A stretch of 64,000 nt of DNA from Gemmatimonadaceae bacterium (GTDB taxonomy: Bacteria; Gemmatimonadota; Gemmatimonadetes; Gemmatimonadales; Gemmatimonadaceae), in contig JBJMOW010000002.1 of NCBI GenBank assembly GCA_045803545.1, positions 224,001-288,000 of the forward strand, written 5' to 3'. Both the position numbers and the translations under genes were made by a program. Shown one piece after another: positions 1-9,553 of the stretch. Under the pieces are notes generated by a model that made no database searches, had not been told where the DNA came from, and saw only the letters and a program-made list of their open reading frames with translations. Numbering within the stretch: the first letter of the stretch is position 1; every line of letters starts with the position of its first letter.

Positions 1-2921
1 TCGATTACCTGCCCGCGTCGAAGACGGTGCCGACGCCCAAGGCGGTGCTCGGCGACATCGCGGGGGCACGAAACAATCTCCCGTACTCGAAGGACGTGTA
101 CACCTACATGCGAATGCTGGCGAAGGCGACGCCGCGCGTGAAGGTCTATTCGATTGGCACCACCGAAGAGGGCAGGGAGATGATCGCAGTTGCCGTCGCA
201 TCGGATTCGCTGATGGCCAACCTTGATCGCAACAAGGCCAACCTCGCGAAACTCGCCGATCCCCGCTCGATCAACATGAATGATGCTGAGGCAGCTCGCC
301 TCGTCGGGGAAACTACGCCGATCTACTACATCACCGGCACCATTCACTCTCCGGAATCAGGCGCGCCGACTGCGCTGATGGAGCTCGCCTATCGGCTGGC
401 GGTCGATGAATCTCCATACGTCAAATACATCCGCGACCATCTCATCACTCTGATCACGCCAGTGGTGGAAGTCGATGGCCGCGACCGCGAGGTGGATCTG
501 TTCCGCTGGCACATGGCGCATCCGGGAGAGACCGCTCCGCCGCTGCTTTACTGGGGACATTACGTCGCGCACGACAATAACCGCGACGCGATGGGAATGA
601 CTCTCAAGCTGTCGCAGAACGTCCTTAACACGTATCTGGACTGGAAGGCGCAGGTGCTACATGACCTGCATGAGTCAGGGTCGTATCTCTACGACAACAC
701 CGTTGGAGACGGCCCTTACAACGCGTGGCTGGATCCGCTCCTGACGAACGAGTGGCAGCTACTAGGGTGGAACAACGTGCAGGAAATGACGCGGTTCGGC
801 ATGCCCGGCGTCTACACTCACGGCAACTTCGACACCTGGTCGCCGGGCTATCTCATGTTCATGGCCGCGACCCACAACGGTATCAGCCGTCTCTACGAAA
901 CTTTTGGAAACGGGGGAACAGCCGAGACAATGGATCGCACTTTGTCGCCCAACGAGACATCGCGGACCTGGTATCGACAGAATCCACCACTACCGAGAGT
1001 GCAGTGGTCGCTGCGCAACAACAACAATTACGAGGAGACCGGACTACTTGTATCGCTCAACTACTTTGCGCAGAACCGTCAGCAATTTCTCGAGAATTTT
1101 TACGAGAAGAGCAAGCGGTCTATCACGAAGCCGCGCGTCGAAGGTCCAGCTGCTTACGTTTTTCCGGCCGACGAGCGCCGCCCCGGTGCGCAGGCGGAAC
1201 TGCTGCGCGTGCTACAGAAGCAACACGTAGAGATTTCCAGGGCGACGGCTCCGTTCAGCGTCCTGGTGCCCGTGACGCGGCCGCGTCCATCCTCGGGAAC
1301 GAGCTCGGCGAACGCGCGAGCCGCTGACAGCTCGCGGCGCAACGATAGCACACGCGCCGAGGCGGCGCGTCCGACGCCGCCACCCTTTGATACGTTGCCG
1401 CTGTCGTATCAGCGCACGGAACAAAGACAATTCCCCGCGGGCAGCTACATCGTGCGAATGGATCAGCCTTATTCGCGCATTGCCGACGCATTGCTCGACT
1501 ATCAGTACTGGAGCCCGAACGATCCGCAGCGCACGCCGTACGATGATACCGGGTGGACATTCCCCGAAAATTTTGCTGTCAAAGCAGTGCGGGTGGTCGA
1601 TCCAAAGGTGCTCGATGTTCCGATGGAGAACGTGACGGGGGAGATCACCGCACCCGGAGGTGTGACCGGGACCGGGTCGGTGTTCGCGATCAACCATAAT
1701 GCGGACAATGCCCTCGCCACATTGCGTTATCAACTGAAGACCGCCGACTTCTCGGTTGCGGAGGAGCCGTTCGACGCGGCGGGTCAGAAATTCTCGCGGG
1801 GCTCGTTCATCGTCAGCAAAGTGAGTGCAGGGGATCTGGACAAGGCAGCGCGAGCGCTGGGTGTCAAGGTGACCGCGCTATCAGCGGCCCCGTCGGTGCC
1901 GACTCATCCAGGGCGTGCGCCGCGCGTTGCATTGATGCACACCTGGATCAGCACGCAGACCGAGGGATGGTGGCGACAGGCGTTCGACGTTCTGAAGATT
2001 CCCTACAGCTACATCAGCACCCAGGATGCGGCGCGGGATCCGAATCTCAACGCCAAATACGACGTCATCATCTTTGGACCCGGCAGCGGCAGCCCGCAGA
2101 CGATCGTGAATGGTCTGCCGATGTGGCGAAACCCGATGCCATGGAAGAAGACGGAGCTTACCCCTAACATGGGGGTCATCGACCAAACCGATGATATCCG
2201 TCCGGGTCTGGGTTGGGCCGGAGTCAACAACCTGGCGGCATTCGTGCGCAACGGCGGCGTTCTACTCACCGTCGACAACACCGCCGATTTCGCAATCACA
2301 TTCGGCCTCGCGAGCGGAGTTTCGCTCAATACCGCATCGCGGTTGCACGTTGTCGGCAGCCTGCTGCGCACCCGAGTCGTCGACGATGCGAGTCCGCTGG
2401 TGTATGGGATACGTGACAGTCTGGCGGTTTATAGCGATGAGGGCTCCAGCTTCAGTGTTTCGAATATTCTTGGCGGACGCGGCGGTCGGTTTGCTGATTC
2501 CTCGAACGCTCGCCCGACTGGGCGCGGCACGGCCGAGGAGTTGGACGTCCCCCAGGGGCGCGTGGTGCTGGATCCGCGATTCGACGTTCCCCAGCGGCGA
2601 CCGGTTGAACCGTGGGAGGCGACTCCGGTGACCGACGAGCAAATGAGGAATCCTCTCGCAGTGATCCCGCCGGCGTTGCGTCCACGGGTGGTGCTGCGCT
2701 TTGCCGATCAGCGTGAGCTGCTCGCGTCGGGCTTGCTTGACGGCAGCGACGTGGCGCGGCGGCCGGTGGTCGTCGATGTGCCGCTCGGAAAAGGGCACGT
2801 CGTACTCTATGCGAACAATCCGGTTTATCGCGGGTCGACGATTGGCAGCTACTTCCTCGTATTCAACGCGCTGCTGAATTACGACCACCTGGATGTGGGC
2901 AGGAAGCTCGATCAGCGATAG
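1..2921 (+). CDS. M14 family zinc carboxypeptidase (5' end outside window)
   Basis: Frame open from window start (DYLPASKTVPTPK); HSPE (HxxE), DNNRD and DLHE zinc-carboxypeptidase motifs. Confidence 0.85.
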   Translation, partial: DYLPASKTVPTPKAVLGDIAGARNNLPYSKDVYTYMRMLAKATPRVKVYSIGTTEEGREMIAVAVASDSLMANLDRNKANLAKLADPRSINMNDAEAARLVGETTPIYYITGTIHSPESGAPTALMELAYRLAVDESPYVKYIRDHLITLITPVVEVDGRDREVDLFRWHMAHPGETAPPLLYWGHYVAHDNNRDAMGMTLKLSQNVLNTYLDWKAQVLHDLHESGSYLYDNTVGDGPYNAWLDPLLTNEWQLLGWNNVQEMTRFGMPGVYTHGNFDTWSPGYLMFMAATHNGISRLYETFGNGGTAETMDRTLSPNETSRTWYRQNPPLPRVQWSLRNNNNYEETGLLVSLNYFAQNRQQFLENFYEKSKRSITKPRVEGPAAYVFPADERRPGAQAELLRVLQKQHVEISRATAPFSVLVPVTRPRPSSGTSSANARAADSSRRNDSTRAEAARPTPPPFDTLPLSYQRTEQRQFPAGSYIVRMDQPYSRIADALLDYQYWSPNDPQRTPYDDTGWTFPENFAVKAVRVVDPKVLDVPMENVTGEITAPGGVTGTGSVFAINHNADNALATLRYQLKTADFSVAEEPFDAAGQKFSRGSFIVSKVSAGDLDKAARALGVKVTALSAAPSVPTHPGRAPRVALMHTWISTQTEGWWRQAFDVLKIPYSYISTQDAARDPNLNAKYDVIIFGPGSGSPQTIVNGLPMWRNPMPWKKTELTPNMGVIDQTDDIRPGLGWAGVNNLAAFVRNGGVLLTVDNTADFAITFGLASGVSLNTASRLHVVGSLLRTRVVDDASPLVYGIRDSLAVYSDEGSSFSVSNILGGRGGRFADSSNARPTGRGTAEELDVPQGRVVLDPRFDVPQRRPVEPWEATPVTDEQMRNPLAVIPPALRPRVVLRFADQRELLASGLLDGSDVARRPVVVDVPLGKGHVVLYANNPVYRGSTIGSYFLVFNALLNYDHLDVGRKLDQR

Positions 2922-3028
2922 CTCTCCTTGACCGTCAGGGCAATCGTGCGTGAGAAGCGCACGGTTGTTCCGAGACGTACGTTTCCGCACCTGACAAACA
3001 CGTTTCAAGGGGTCGATCGGCGCTGGTT

Positions 3029-3045
3029 TTGGCACCTACCCTGCA
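3029..3045 (+). promoter_or_regulatory. sigma54-like -24/-12 promoter
   Basis: TTGGCACCTACCCTGCA (GG-N10-GC) about 58 nt upstream of GTG at 3102. Confidence 0.55.
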
Positions 3046-3101
3046 CTGCAGAACTCCGCAGCTTGAGGCATGGCGCAGAATCGGCAACGGAGGACGCGCG
3101 A

Positions 3102-3446
3102 GTGAGTTATCGGACCTTTACTGATTCTGCAGGCAAGCGGTGGGAAGTCTGGCTGGTGACGCCAGCCGCCGCGGAGCGGCGAAGGGTCGATCGCCGCGTC
3201 AGTAAGGCAGCCGGTGATACGCCGGGGGGACTCGCTGACCGCCGTCATACCCCCGATCGTCGCAAGAGCCCATTTCGGCGACAGGTTGTCGTTTCGAGCG
3301 AGTTCAGCAACGGGTGGCTGTGTTTCGAAGGCGAGGGCGAAAAGCGACGCCTGGCACCAGTCCCGGATGGTTGGCAGGATGCCGGACCTGATCGGCTCGC
3401 GGCGTGGCTACAAGCGGCTAAGCGCGTTGTGAAATGCGGGCCCTAA
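3102..3446 (+). CDS. conserved hypothetical protein with ERR/DRR arginine motifs
   Basis: GGAGG RBS at 3089-3093, GTG start; YRTFTDSAGKRWEVW...GWLCFE...KRRLAPVP pattern. Confidence 0.7.
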   Translation: MSYRTFTDSAGKRWEVWLVTPAAAERRRVDRRVSKAAGDTPGGLADRRHTPDRRKSPFRRQVVVSSEFSNGWLCFEGEGEKRRLAPVPDGWQDAGPDRLAAWLQAAKRVVKCGP

Positions 3447-3508
3447 TGTAGATTGCCGGGTCCGGCGATTGTGAACCGCTCGCGCCGGCCCTCTGACCAA
3501 TCGCGCTG

Positions 3509-3691
3509 GTGGCCCAGACTCTCCGCGAAAGAGATGCGATGACTTGTCGCTCCTGCAATAACGAGGAGCGTGCATCTGAGGGGTATCCCTGTACGAACTG
3601 CGGAACCTTCATTTGCATCATCTGCACTTTTCGCGGGCTCACACTCTGCCGCAGATGCCTGGAGCAGAACGCTCAGAAGCAAAGCGCGTGA
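3509..3691 (+). CDS. small Cys-rich putative zinc-finger protein
   Basis: 60 aa with four CxxC pairs (CRSC, CTNC, CIIC, CRRC). Confidence 0.65.
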   Translation: MAQTLRERDAMTCRSCNNEERASEGYPCTNCGTFICIICTFRGLTLCRRCLEQNAQKQSA

Positions 3692-3726
3692 GCCACGCGC
3701 GTCCGAATGGCCTTCAATCAAATCCA

Positions 3727-5976
3727 ATGAAAAGAATCGTCAGACTCACTCTGCTCGCGCTCGTGGTCTGGGCACCAACCGTTGTCTACGCGCAGGAAAA
3801 GCAGCGCTTTTCCAGCATCGATGAGGCTCTCCAGGCAGGCGGGATCCTGTCTGGGCGGCAGGGACCACGCGATGTGAATTGGATTGAAGGCGGACGTCGA
3901 TTCTCATATACGGATCGCGATCCAGCGACGAACGCGCCGGTGATTCGCGCTTACGATCCGCCAACCGGTCAGTCGACGCTTCTGTTCACAACTGCTGGCG
4001 TCACGGTTCCCGGCACCAGTCAGCCTTTCACCTACGATTCGTTTCAGTGGGCGCAGGACTCCAAGCACCTTGTCTTCCAGACGAATTTCCAGCCGATCTA
4101 CCGGCGCTCGGGCATCTCCGATTTCTACATCTACTCGCTTGCTGATCGGTCGCTCAAGCTGGCGACGCGCGGTGCGCGGACGGCGGAGTTATCGCCGGAC
4201 GGTGCGCTCCTTGGCTTCGAGCGCGGCGGTGACATGTACGTCACCAACCTGTCGACACAACAAGAGAAGCGTTTGACGCGCGATTCGTCCGCTCATGTAT
4301 TCAACGGTCACTTCGACTGGGTGTACGAAGAAGAATTCGGATTGGCGCAGGCGTGGAAGTGGTCGCCCGACAGCCGTTACATCGCGTACTGGCAGCTCGA
4401 CGATTCCGCTGAGCCGATAATTCAGATCTCGGATTACTCGGGCGCGCATCAGGATTGGGAGCGAATACCGATTCCGCAGGTCGGCGATTCAAACGCCAAA
4501 GTACGCATCGGCATCGTCAACGTTGCATCCGGTCAGAACGTGTGGCTCGATCCGGCGCAGCAGGGAGAGTATTACATCCCGCGCATTTACTGGACTAGCA
4601 GGCCGGACACGCTGGCCGTCATCACGTTGAACCGCGCTCAGAACCTGATGACGCTGTATTTCTTCGATGCGAGAACCGGCGGTCGGCGCGAAGTCATAAG
4701 CGAAAGCTCAAAAACGTGGATCGATGTCTACGACTTCTACGCCGGCGTCGACGACATGATGACGTTCCCCGCTGACTCGCACGAGTTTTTCTGGCTATCG
4801 GATCGGGACGGTTATCAGCACCTGTACCGGTACGACTACGCCGGCAAACTCGTGAATCAGGTGACGAGCGGACCCTGGATGGTTGCGCGCGTTGAAGGCA
4901 GCGACGCAAAGAATCAGACGCTCTATTACACGTCTACCGAAGCGAGTCCGCTGCAGCGGCAGCTTTACTCAATCCACTTCGACGGAAGCGGCAAACGCCG
5001 CATCACGACCACCGAAGGCACCCATCGCATCAACATGGCGCCGACGGCGACGTACTTCATCGATCGGTACTCTTCCCTGACCCAGCCGCTGCAGGTCGAG
5101 ATGTGGGCGCCAGACCGGAAGCTGCGCACCATGGAAGACAACGCGGCAACGACGAAGTGGCTGCAGACTCACGCCTATTCGCCGGCGCAGATCTTCTCGT
5201 TCACTACATCGGACGGAGCCAAGATCGATGGCAGCATCATCAAGCCGATTCCATTAGATGCGAATCGCCGCTACCCGGTCATCTTCGATATCTACGGCGG
5301 CCCTGGATCGCAGCAGGTGTACGATCGTTTTGCGACGGGCGGCTGGGATCAGTGGCTGGCGCAACAGGGCTACGTCGTAATTGGCCTCAACAATCGCGGC
5401 ACCAACAATTACGGCAGCGCGTTCATGAAAGTGGTTTACAAGGAGCTCGGCAAATACGAGGCGCTGGATTTCGCCGAAGCGGCGCGGTACCTGGGTCGAC
5501 AGAGCTACGTAGACTCCAAGCGGGTTGCAATTATTGGCACGAGCTACGGCGGCTACTCGACGGTCTACACTATGGAGATGTATCCTGAGCTCTTCCCGGT
5601 TGGTGTGGCCAATTCTGCTGTCGGTGACTGGCGGCTGTACGATACCATATACACCGAGCGCTACATGGGATTGTTGCAGGACAATCAAAAGGGTTATGTC
5701 GAGAGTGCGCCGATCGAACAGGCAGCAAAGATGCGCGGCAACCTGCTGCTGATTCACTCGATGATGGACGACAATGTGCATCCGCAGAACACGATGCAGC
5801 TGCTGACCGCGCTGGCAAACGCTGGCCGCGACGCCGAGCTCCGCATCTATCCACCGGGACACCACGGCGCGGCCTACAACCTCGAGAGCTATCGCCTGAT
5901 CCAGAAGGTGACCGATGGTTACCTTGCTCGGTATCTCAAAGCGCCCAATCCGCCGAGCCTCGCTCCAGCGAAATGA
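3727..5976 (+). CDS. S9B dipeptidyl peptidase IV-like serine peptidase, secreted
   Basis: Signal peptide MKRIVRLTLLALVV; DWVYEEE motif; GTSYGG nucleophile, DDNVH, catalytic His region. Confidence 0.92.
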   Translation: MKRIVRLTLLALVVWAPTVVYAQEKQRFSSIDEALQAGGILSGRQGPRDVNWIEGGRRFSYTDRDPATNAPVIRAYDPPTGQSTLLFTTAGVTVPGTSQPFTYDSFQWAQDSKHLVFQTNFQPIYRRSGISDFYIYSLADRSLKLATRGARTAELSPDGALLGFERGGDMYVTNLSTQQEKRLTRDSSAHVFNGHFDWVYEEEFGLAQAWKWSPDSRYIAYWQLDDSAEPIIQISDYSGAHQDWERIPIPQVGDSNAKVRIGIVNVASGQNVWLDPAQQGEYYIPRIYWTSRPDTLAVITLNRAQNLMTLYFFDARTGGRREVISESSKTWIDVYDFYAGVDDMMTFPADSHEFFWLSDRDGYQHLYRYDYAGKLVNQVTSGPWMVARVEGSDAKNQTLYYTSTEASPLQRQLYSIHFDGSGKRRITTTEGTHRINMAPTATYFIDRYSSLTQPLQVEMWAPDRKLRTMEDNAATTKWLQTHAYSPAQIFSFTTSDGAKIDGSIIKPIPLDANRRYPVIFDIYGGPGSQQVYDRFATGGWDQWLAQQGYVVIGLNNRGTNNYGSAFMKVVYKELGKYEALDFAEAARYLGRQSYVDSKRVAIIGTSYGGYSTVYTMEMYPELFPVGVANSAVGDWRLYDTIYTERYMGLLQDNQKGYVESAPIEQAAKMRGNLLLIHSMMDDNVHPQNTMQLLTALANAGRDAELRIYPPGHHGAAYNLESYRLIQKVTDGYLARYLKAPNPPSLAPAK

Positions 5977-5985
5977 CGGGCAGGT

Positions 5986-6027
5986 AAAAAGAAAACGCCG
6001 CGAGGCTTTGCGCGGCGTTTTCTTTTT
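5986..6027. terminator. bidirectional intrinsic terminator
   Basis: aaaaagaaaacgccgcg-loop-cgcggcgttttcttttt between convergent genes. Confidence 0.85.
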
Positions 6028-6042
6028 CGACTCAGCTCTTAA

Positions 6043-6420
6043 TTACTTGCGAGCGTCTTTACGGGTGTCGCGAACGTCCTGACGTCTGTCGCGCTTGTCC
6101 TGACGTAAGTCCTTGCGATCCGATTTCAGCTCCTTGGCATCCTGCTTCGCCTCCTGCTTGTCGCCGGCCTTGATATCCTTGGCGACTTCACGGCGATCGG
6201 CACGGACTTCCTTACGATCGGTGCGGACTTCCTTGGTGTCCGCGCGCACTTCCTTGCAATCAGCCGTTGCAGTCGGATGACTCTTGCACCACGCAATCAG
6301 TCTCGTTCTGGTCATGTGGGGCGGCGCTTTCGTGGTCGCCTGCACTGATTGCGCAGACGCGTTCGATGCGACAGCCAGGACGAGTGCGGCTGACAATGCC
6401 GCGAGCTTCGCTTTCAGCAT
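6043..6420 (-). CDS. secreted charged heptad-repeat protein
   Basis: Sec signal ending ASAQ; repeats of D(R/T)KEVR(A/T); RBS AAGGAG. Confidence 0.75.
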   Translation of the reverse strand: MLKAKLAALSAALVLAVASNASAQSVQATTKAPPHMTRTRLIAWCKSHPTATADCKEVRADTKEVRTDRKEVRADRREVAKDIKAGDKQEAKQDAKELKSDRKDLRQDKRDRRQDVRDTRKDARK

Positions 6421-6491
6421 CTCTTTCTCCTTCCCATATCCGGGGATTTATGTGCGGTGTCGTCGTTCCACACCGTTCAGGGAGAGAGACG

Positions 6492-6525
6492 CTCGACCCG
6501 ACCGGATGTTAACGGTCGGGTCGAG
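6492..6525 (-). terminator. stem-loop downstream of DsrE-like gene (possible terminator)
   Basis: ctcgacccgaccg / cggtcgggtcgag perfect 13-bp stem; no clear U-tract. Confidence 0.45.
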
Positions 6526-6563
6526 AGGCGAATGCTCCGGCGTCCTTTCGGTTTGCTAAAAGG

Positions 6564-7262
6564 TCACACGTGGATGTAGCTGCAGCCGTGTTTCTGAGCC
6601 TGATCGATTGCGACCACCATCGCCGGCACTAGGTAAACACCGGGCAGCATGTTGGCGTCGAATTCCTTGCGCAACGCGGCGGCCTTTGTCGCATCGCCAC
6701 CAGCCAGGATCGACATCCAGACGCCGTATGCGTTGTTGCAAAGAATGAAAACGGCGCCGCGTTGCTGAAGCTCGGAGATCGATGCATCCGCGGGCACCGG
6801 AATCGGCGTGCCGCTAATCGAAAGCGAGTTAGAGCCGCCAGGCGCCTTGTAGAACACGTTGCCCGTCGCCGGTGCGTTGGACATGTCGTTCACTTTGCTC
6901 GCCGCGCCAAGTGAGTACTTCTTCCACATGTCGTCATTGAAGGCGAGCATAGTTCCCATTCCGTAAATCGTGACGACGGCGGTGGCGTCCGGGTGGGTGA
7001 CATGGTACGTGTCGCGAAGCGTGTTGAGATAATTGCGAACGTGCAGCAGCCCCCATCCGTTCTCATGATTGGGAAGATCGAAAATCTGGCGATGCTTTCC
7101 GGTCACCGCCGACAACCATTTGTCACTCGGCTCAGTGTCGCGGGTGGATTTCAGATCGCTGCCGAACGCCTTCGTTACAGAACCGCTCACTCCAAGCGCG
7201 ACTGCGCCGGCAGCGAGCTTGCCAAGGAACTTTCTGCGCTCGGGAAGTGACGCTTCAGTCAT
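6564..7262 (-). CDS. Tat-exported DsrE/DsrF-like protein
   Basis: ERRKFLG twin-arginine signal; GAVFILCNNA and LPGVYLVPAMVVAIDQAQKHGCSY resemble DsrE-like fold. Confidence 0.6.
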   Translation of the reverse strand: MTEASLPERRKFLGKLAAGAVALGVSGSVTKAFGSDLKSTRDTEPSDKWLSAVTGKHRQIFDLPNHENGWGLLHVRNYLNTLRDTYHVTHPDATAVVTIYGMGTMLAFNDDMWKKYSLGAASKVNDMSNAPATGNVFYKAPGGSNSLSISGTPIPVPADASISELQQRGAVFILCNNAYGVWMSILAGGDATKAAALRKEFDANMLPGVYLVPAMVVAIDQAQKHGCSYIHV

Positions 7263-8179
7263 TTGCGGCTCTCCTGTTGGGTGGGTATGACGTGATAGTC
7301 AGCATCGGGTGGCTTACCGCCGCGCGGCCAGTCATGAACTTTCCTGGGAAAGTCGGGACGTGGGCGCGTATTGATATAGGTTGCGACGTCGAATGCTTGC
7401 TGCGGTGTAAGCTGCTGGGCGCGATCGAGCGGCATTAAGCCATGAATGAACGACGCGGCGGTGTTTATGCGCGCCATTCCGGCGCCGACATTATAGCTGC
7501 GTGGTCCCCAAAGCGGAGGCGCAAGCGAAGTACCGTGCCCCTCGGGCCCATGACATCGCGCGCACGTTGAAGCGAACACGTGTGTTCCGCGAGTAACATC
7601 ACCCTTCATCGGCGCCAGTTTGGGCAGTCCCTGGCCTTCCATCTCTGAACCGACCGGAATGCCGCTGGAGAGAAAAGCGAAATACGCGACTACGTCGCGC
7701 ATGTCACGGCCGGATGGATCGAGGCGTTTTCCGTTCATGCTGCGCTCGAGACAGTCGTTGATCCGGTCTTCGATCAGATCGACCTTCCCGCTGCGGGGGC
7801 GATACTGCGGAAATCGCGCGTAAGAGCCGACCCAAGGCATTGCATTCGCTCGCAACCCGCCGTCGATGTGACAGCTCGCGCAGCGCAGATCATTTCCCAC
7901 GTTGCGTGGCAGACTGTCACGCGTGGCAAGCAGAATCGCCCGGCCGCGCATCGCCGACGCGCGATAGCCGCTATCCGTGAACGCAGCTTGGGACGGAATG
8001 CGAAACGGCACTCGCCGTTTGGACGATTGCGTGCCGGCCGCTTGGGAGGTCGCGGCAACAGGTGCCGCGAGAACCAACAATGTTGCGCCTACAGTTGGAA
8101 CTGCAAAACGCAGCCGAGGGAGCAGTAGTTCCTCCGCGTGGGCGCGCGCGGAATGGACGAAATCCGCGTCGCGGGACAA
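7259..8179 (-). CDS. tsdA: diheme c-type cytochrome, thiosulfate dehydrogenase TsdA-like
   Basis: Two CxxCH (CASCH, CARCH); RINDCLERSMNG with Cys ligand; PPLWGPRSYNVGAGMAR; start uncertain. Confidence 0.75.
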   Translation of the reverse strand: MSRDADFVHSARAHAEELLLPRLRFAVPTVGATLLVLAAPVAATSQAAGTQSSKRRVPFRIPSQAAFTDSGYRASAMRGRAILLATRDSLPRNVGNDLRCASCHIDGGLRANAMPWVGSYARFPQYRPRSGKVDLIEDRINDCLERSMNGKRLDPSGRDMRDVVAYFAFLSSGIPVGSEMEGQGLPKLAPMKGDVTRGTHVFASTCARCHGPEGHGTSLAPPLWGPRSYNVGAGMARINTAASFIHGLMPLDRAQQLTPQQAFDVATYINTRPRPDFPRKVHDWPRGGKPPDADYHVIPTQQESRK

Positions 8180-8243
8180 TCGGATTTATCGGCTGGCCCG
8201 GACCGGCGCAAGAGAACTCCTCGCGCCGGCCGTTTTATGGCGT

Positions 8244-8651
8244 CTAGTCCGCTCTCATCGGCGCGTCCACAGGTCCATCAACTGTGCCGAACGAACGTGA
8301 CGACGGACTTCCGCGAACTGAAGTGACGACCTGGCTAACGGCACTGTCGACGCGCGCGTGGAATGCCTCCGTGACGCCGGCTATCAAAGCGGCGACAACG
8401 CCATCCAGCGCCGAACCCAGTTTGCTGCCAGTTTTCTGTGTCGCGTCCGCGGTGACCTTTGCTGCCTGAACATCCGCTTTGGTCGCACTGAGCGCGACAC
8501 CGGCGCCAAAAGCGACGCCGACTGCGATCCACGGATGCTCGGAAATCTTTTGAGTGACGTCAATCTTTCGCTCGAGCTCGCTGATCGCGTTCGACATTCG
8601 CGTGCGCGTTTGCTCGATCTCAGCGCGGACCTCGGTAGTTGTCTCAGCCAT
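8244..8651 (-). CDS. DUF3618-like protein
   Basis: EVRAEIEQTRTRMSNAISELE N-terminus, HPW plus hydrophobic helix; operon with YqjE-like and DUF883-like genes. Confidence 0.7.
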   Translation of the reverse strand: MAETTTEVRAEIEQTRTRMSNAISELERKIDVTQKISEHPWIAVGVAFGAGVALSATKADVQAAKVTADATQKTGSKLGSALDGVVAALIAGVTEAFHARVDSAVSQVVTSVRGSPSSRSFGTVDGPVDAPMRAD

Positions 8652-9063
8652 CCTGATGTCTCCGTAACGTTGCCAGAGTCTGTTCCGGTTTGATGTTCCT
8701 CGGCGACAGCAGTGCAGTTCCGCGCTTCAGCAGGTAGAACGCAACGGCGCCGAGTACCACGGTCAGCACGAACGCCGCAATCCAGTAGTGCCCGCGGAAT
8801 AGTGCGTCACCAAGCAGAAGGACAAATCCGAAAACCAGCATCTGCGCGGTCAGCAGCCCCAGCATTGCGGCGGCAACCGTGAAGCCGGTGCCCTTGCCGA
8901 TGTCGCGCGCAATCTGCGCGAACTCGATGCGAGCCAGCTGCACTTCCTGGCGGGCGAGATGAACCCCGTCTTCAGCGACGTCACGGAGCAACTGGGCCAC
9001 GCCTCGATTTGTCGTCGGCAGCTGCGTCGTTTGACGAGTGTCCGATCCCTCAAGGAGCTTCAT
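8644..9063 (-). CDS. YqjE/phage holin superfamily III membrane protein
   Basis: LARQEVQLARIE motif, two TM helices, PEQTLATL tail. Confidence 0.75.
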   Translation of the reverse strand: MKLLEGSDTRQTTQLPTTNRGVAQLLRDVAEDGVHLARQEVQLARIEFAQIARDIGKGTGFTVAAAMLGLLTAQMLVFGFVLLLGDALFRGHYWIAAFVLTVVLGAVAFYLLKRGTALLSPRNIKPEQTLATLRRHQDG

Positions 9064-9064
9064 A

Positions 9065-9478
9065 CTACCGCCGTAGCGCTTTGCCGATCAAATAGCCGGC
9101 GCCGAGTGCGATCAGTATCGAGCGAGCCGGATGCTCTTTGACTTGCTTTTCCACGCCGGTTTTGAGCTGGTCAAAATCCGCTTCGCGCAGCCACTCAGCG
9201 CTCGACTGCATGCCGCTCGCGAGAGTATCAGTCACGGCAGCGATGCTGGAATCGTTTTGAACTGCGACCGAGCTGCCGTCGCCAGTAGCCGCGGCCGGCT
9301 GGCGCTGCTTGAGCGCTTTGGCTCCCGCTTCGAGCCCGTCTGCGATCATCGATGGGAGTCCAGCTGCCTTGTCCTTCACGGACGATCCGACGCTCTTCAG
9401 TCGACCGGTGATACCGCTGCCTGTCTCGTCCGCGGTGCTCGTCGTCTGGTCGAAGCCAGTGCCTTCACTTCTTTCCAT
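9065..9478 (-). CDS. DUF883/ElaB/YqjD-like membrane-anchored protein
   Basis: C-terminal VKEHPARSILIALGAGYLIGKALRR; GGAGG RBS before ATG 9478. Confidence 0.75.
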   Translation of the reverse strand: MERSEGTGFDQTTSTADETGSGITGRLKSVGSSVKDKAAGLPSMIADGLEAGAKALKQRQPAAATGDGSSVAVQNDSSIAAVTDTLASGMQSSAEWLREADFDQLKTGVEKQVKEHPARSILIALGAGYLIGKALRR

Positions 9479-9535
9479 ATATACCGCCTCCCAACAGTTG
9501 TTGAGCCGCATGACAGCGGCGACGGGCGATTACAT

Positions 9536-9553
9536 ATGCAGGAGGCGCGCCTA
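9536..9553 (-). promoter_or_regulatory. sigma54-like promoter
   Basis: Minus strand TAGGCGCGCCTCCTGCA (GG-N10-GC) about 60 nt upstream of 9478. Confidence 0.45.

Noticed and set aside
8644..9063. Holin-family gene as sign of a prophage
   Set aside because: Sits in the usual DUF883/YqjE/DUF3618 chromosomal operon with no phage genes around
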